From positions 349,744 to 381,743 of the forward strand of contig NZ_JAUAOA010000002.1 of assembly GCF_030542965.1 (NCBI RefSeq): a DNA stretch of 32,000 bases, given 5' to 3'. Numbering within the stretch: the first letter of the stretch is position 1; every line of letters begins with the position of its first letter. Positions 31,981 to 32,000 of the stretch are shown here, one piece after another. The translations under genes were made by a program, and so were the position numbers. A model generated the notes under the pieces. It was not told where the DNA came from. It did no database searches and was given only the letters and a program-made list of their open reading frames with translations. The DNA comes from Azotosporobacter soli. GTDB lineage: Bacteria; Bacillota; Negativicutes; SG130.

Positions 31981-32000
31981 ATAACGACGCTAAAAATTTT

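Noticed and set aside
1-32000. tRNA, rRNA, transposase/integrase, phage or toxin-antitoxin genes
   Set aside because: None were recognised. Every ORF over 150 aa on the gene strand is accounted for by envelope functions. The intergenic gaps are too short or lack cloverleaf-type structure.

Overview
All recognisable genes in this window lie on the minus strand and form one outer-membrane / LPS biogenesis supercluster. In transcription order (high to low coordinates) it reads: tolC, tamB, a FliA/SigD-like sigma factor, a single-pass membrane protein, bamA, a 423-aa unknown secreted protein, three OmpH/Skp paralogs, lpxD, a small YjbH-like OMP, a late acyltransferase, lpxC, fabZ, lpxA, lpxI, lpxB, msbA, waaA, lpxK, kdsB, kdsA, kdsD, kdsC, a second late acyltransferase, lptC, lptA, lptB, one lptF/G-family permease, then a terminator and a partial DUF3084-like gene. 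From memory, this order matches the large OM cluster described for diderm Firmicutes (Negativicutes / Halanaerobiales). The Shine-Dalgarno-rich, single-strand organisation fits that origin, but I cannot name the organism from sequence alone. I found no tRNA, rRNA, CRISPR array, transposase or prophage genes. The core enzymes are ordinary. The items worth a second look are: (1) a perfect 19-copy heptanucleotide microsatellite in the lptA-lptB gap, just downstream of an extended -10 element, with a single-copy relative in the lpxI-lpxB gap; (2) a family of about 100-nt imperfect hairpin elements with a conserved clamp, showing one compensatory change in a third copy; (3) a sigma-28-type sigma factor and a candidate membrane anti-sigma protein between tamB and bamA; (4) a secreted protein next to a 3-POTRA BamA that contains three exactly 90-residue repeat modules; (5) a mini YjbH-like OMP inside the lipid A genes. 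Several ORF-track starts were moved to downstream start codons that have a Shine-Dalgarno sequence. All function calls come from reading motifs by eye, with no database search.
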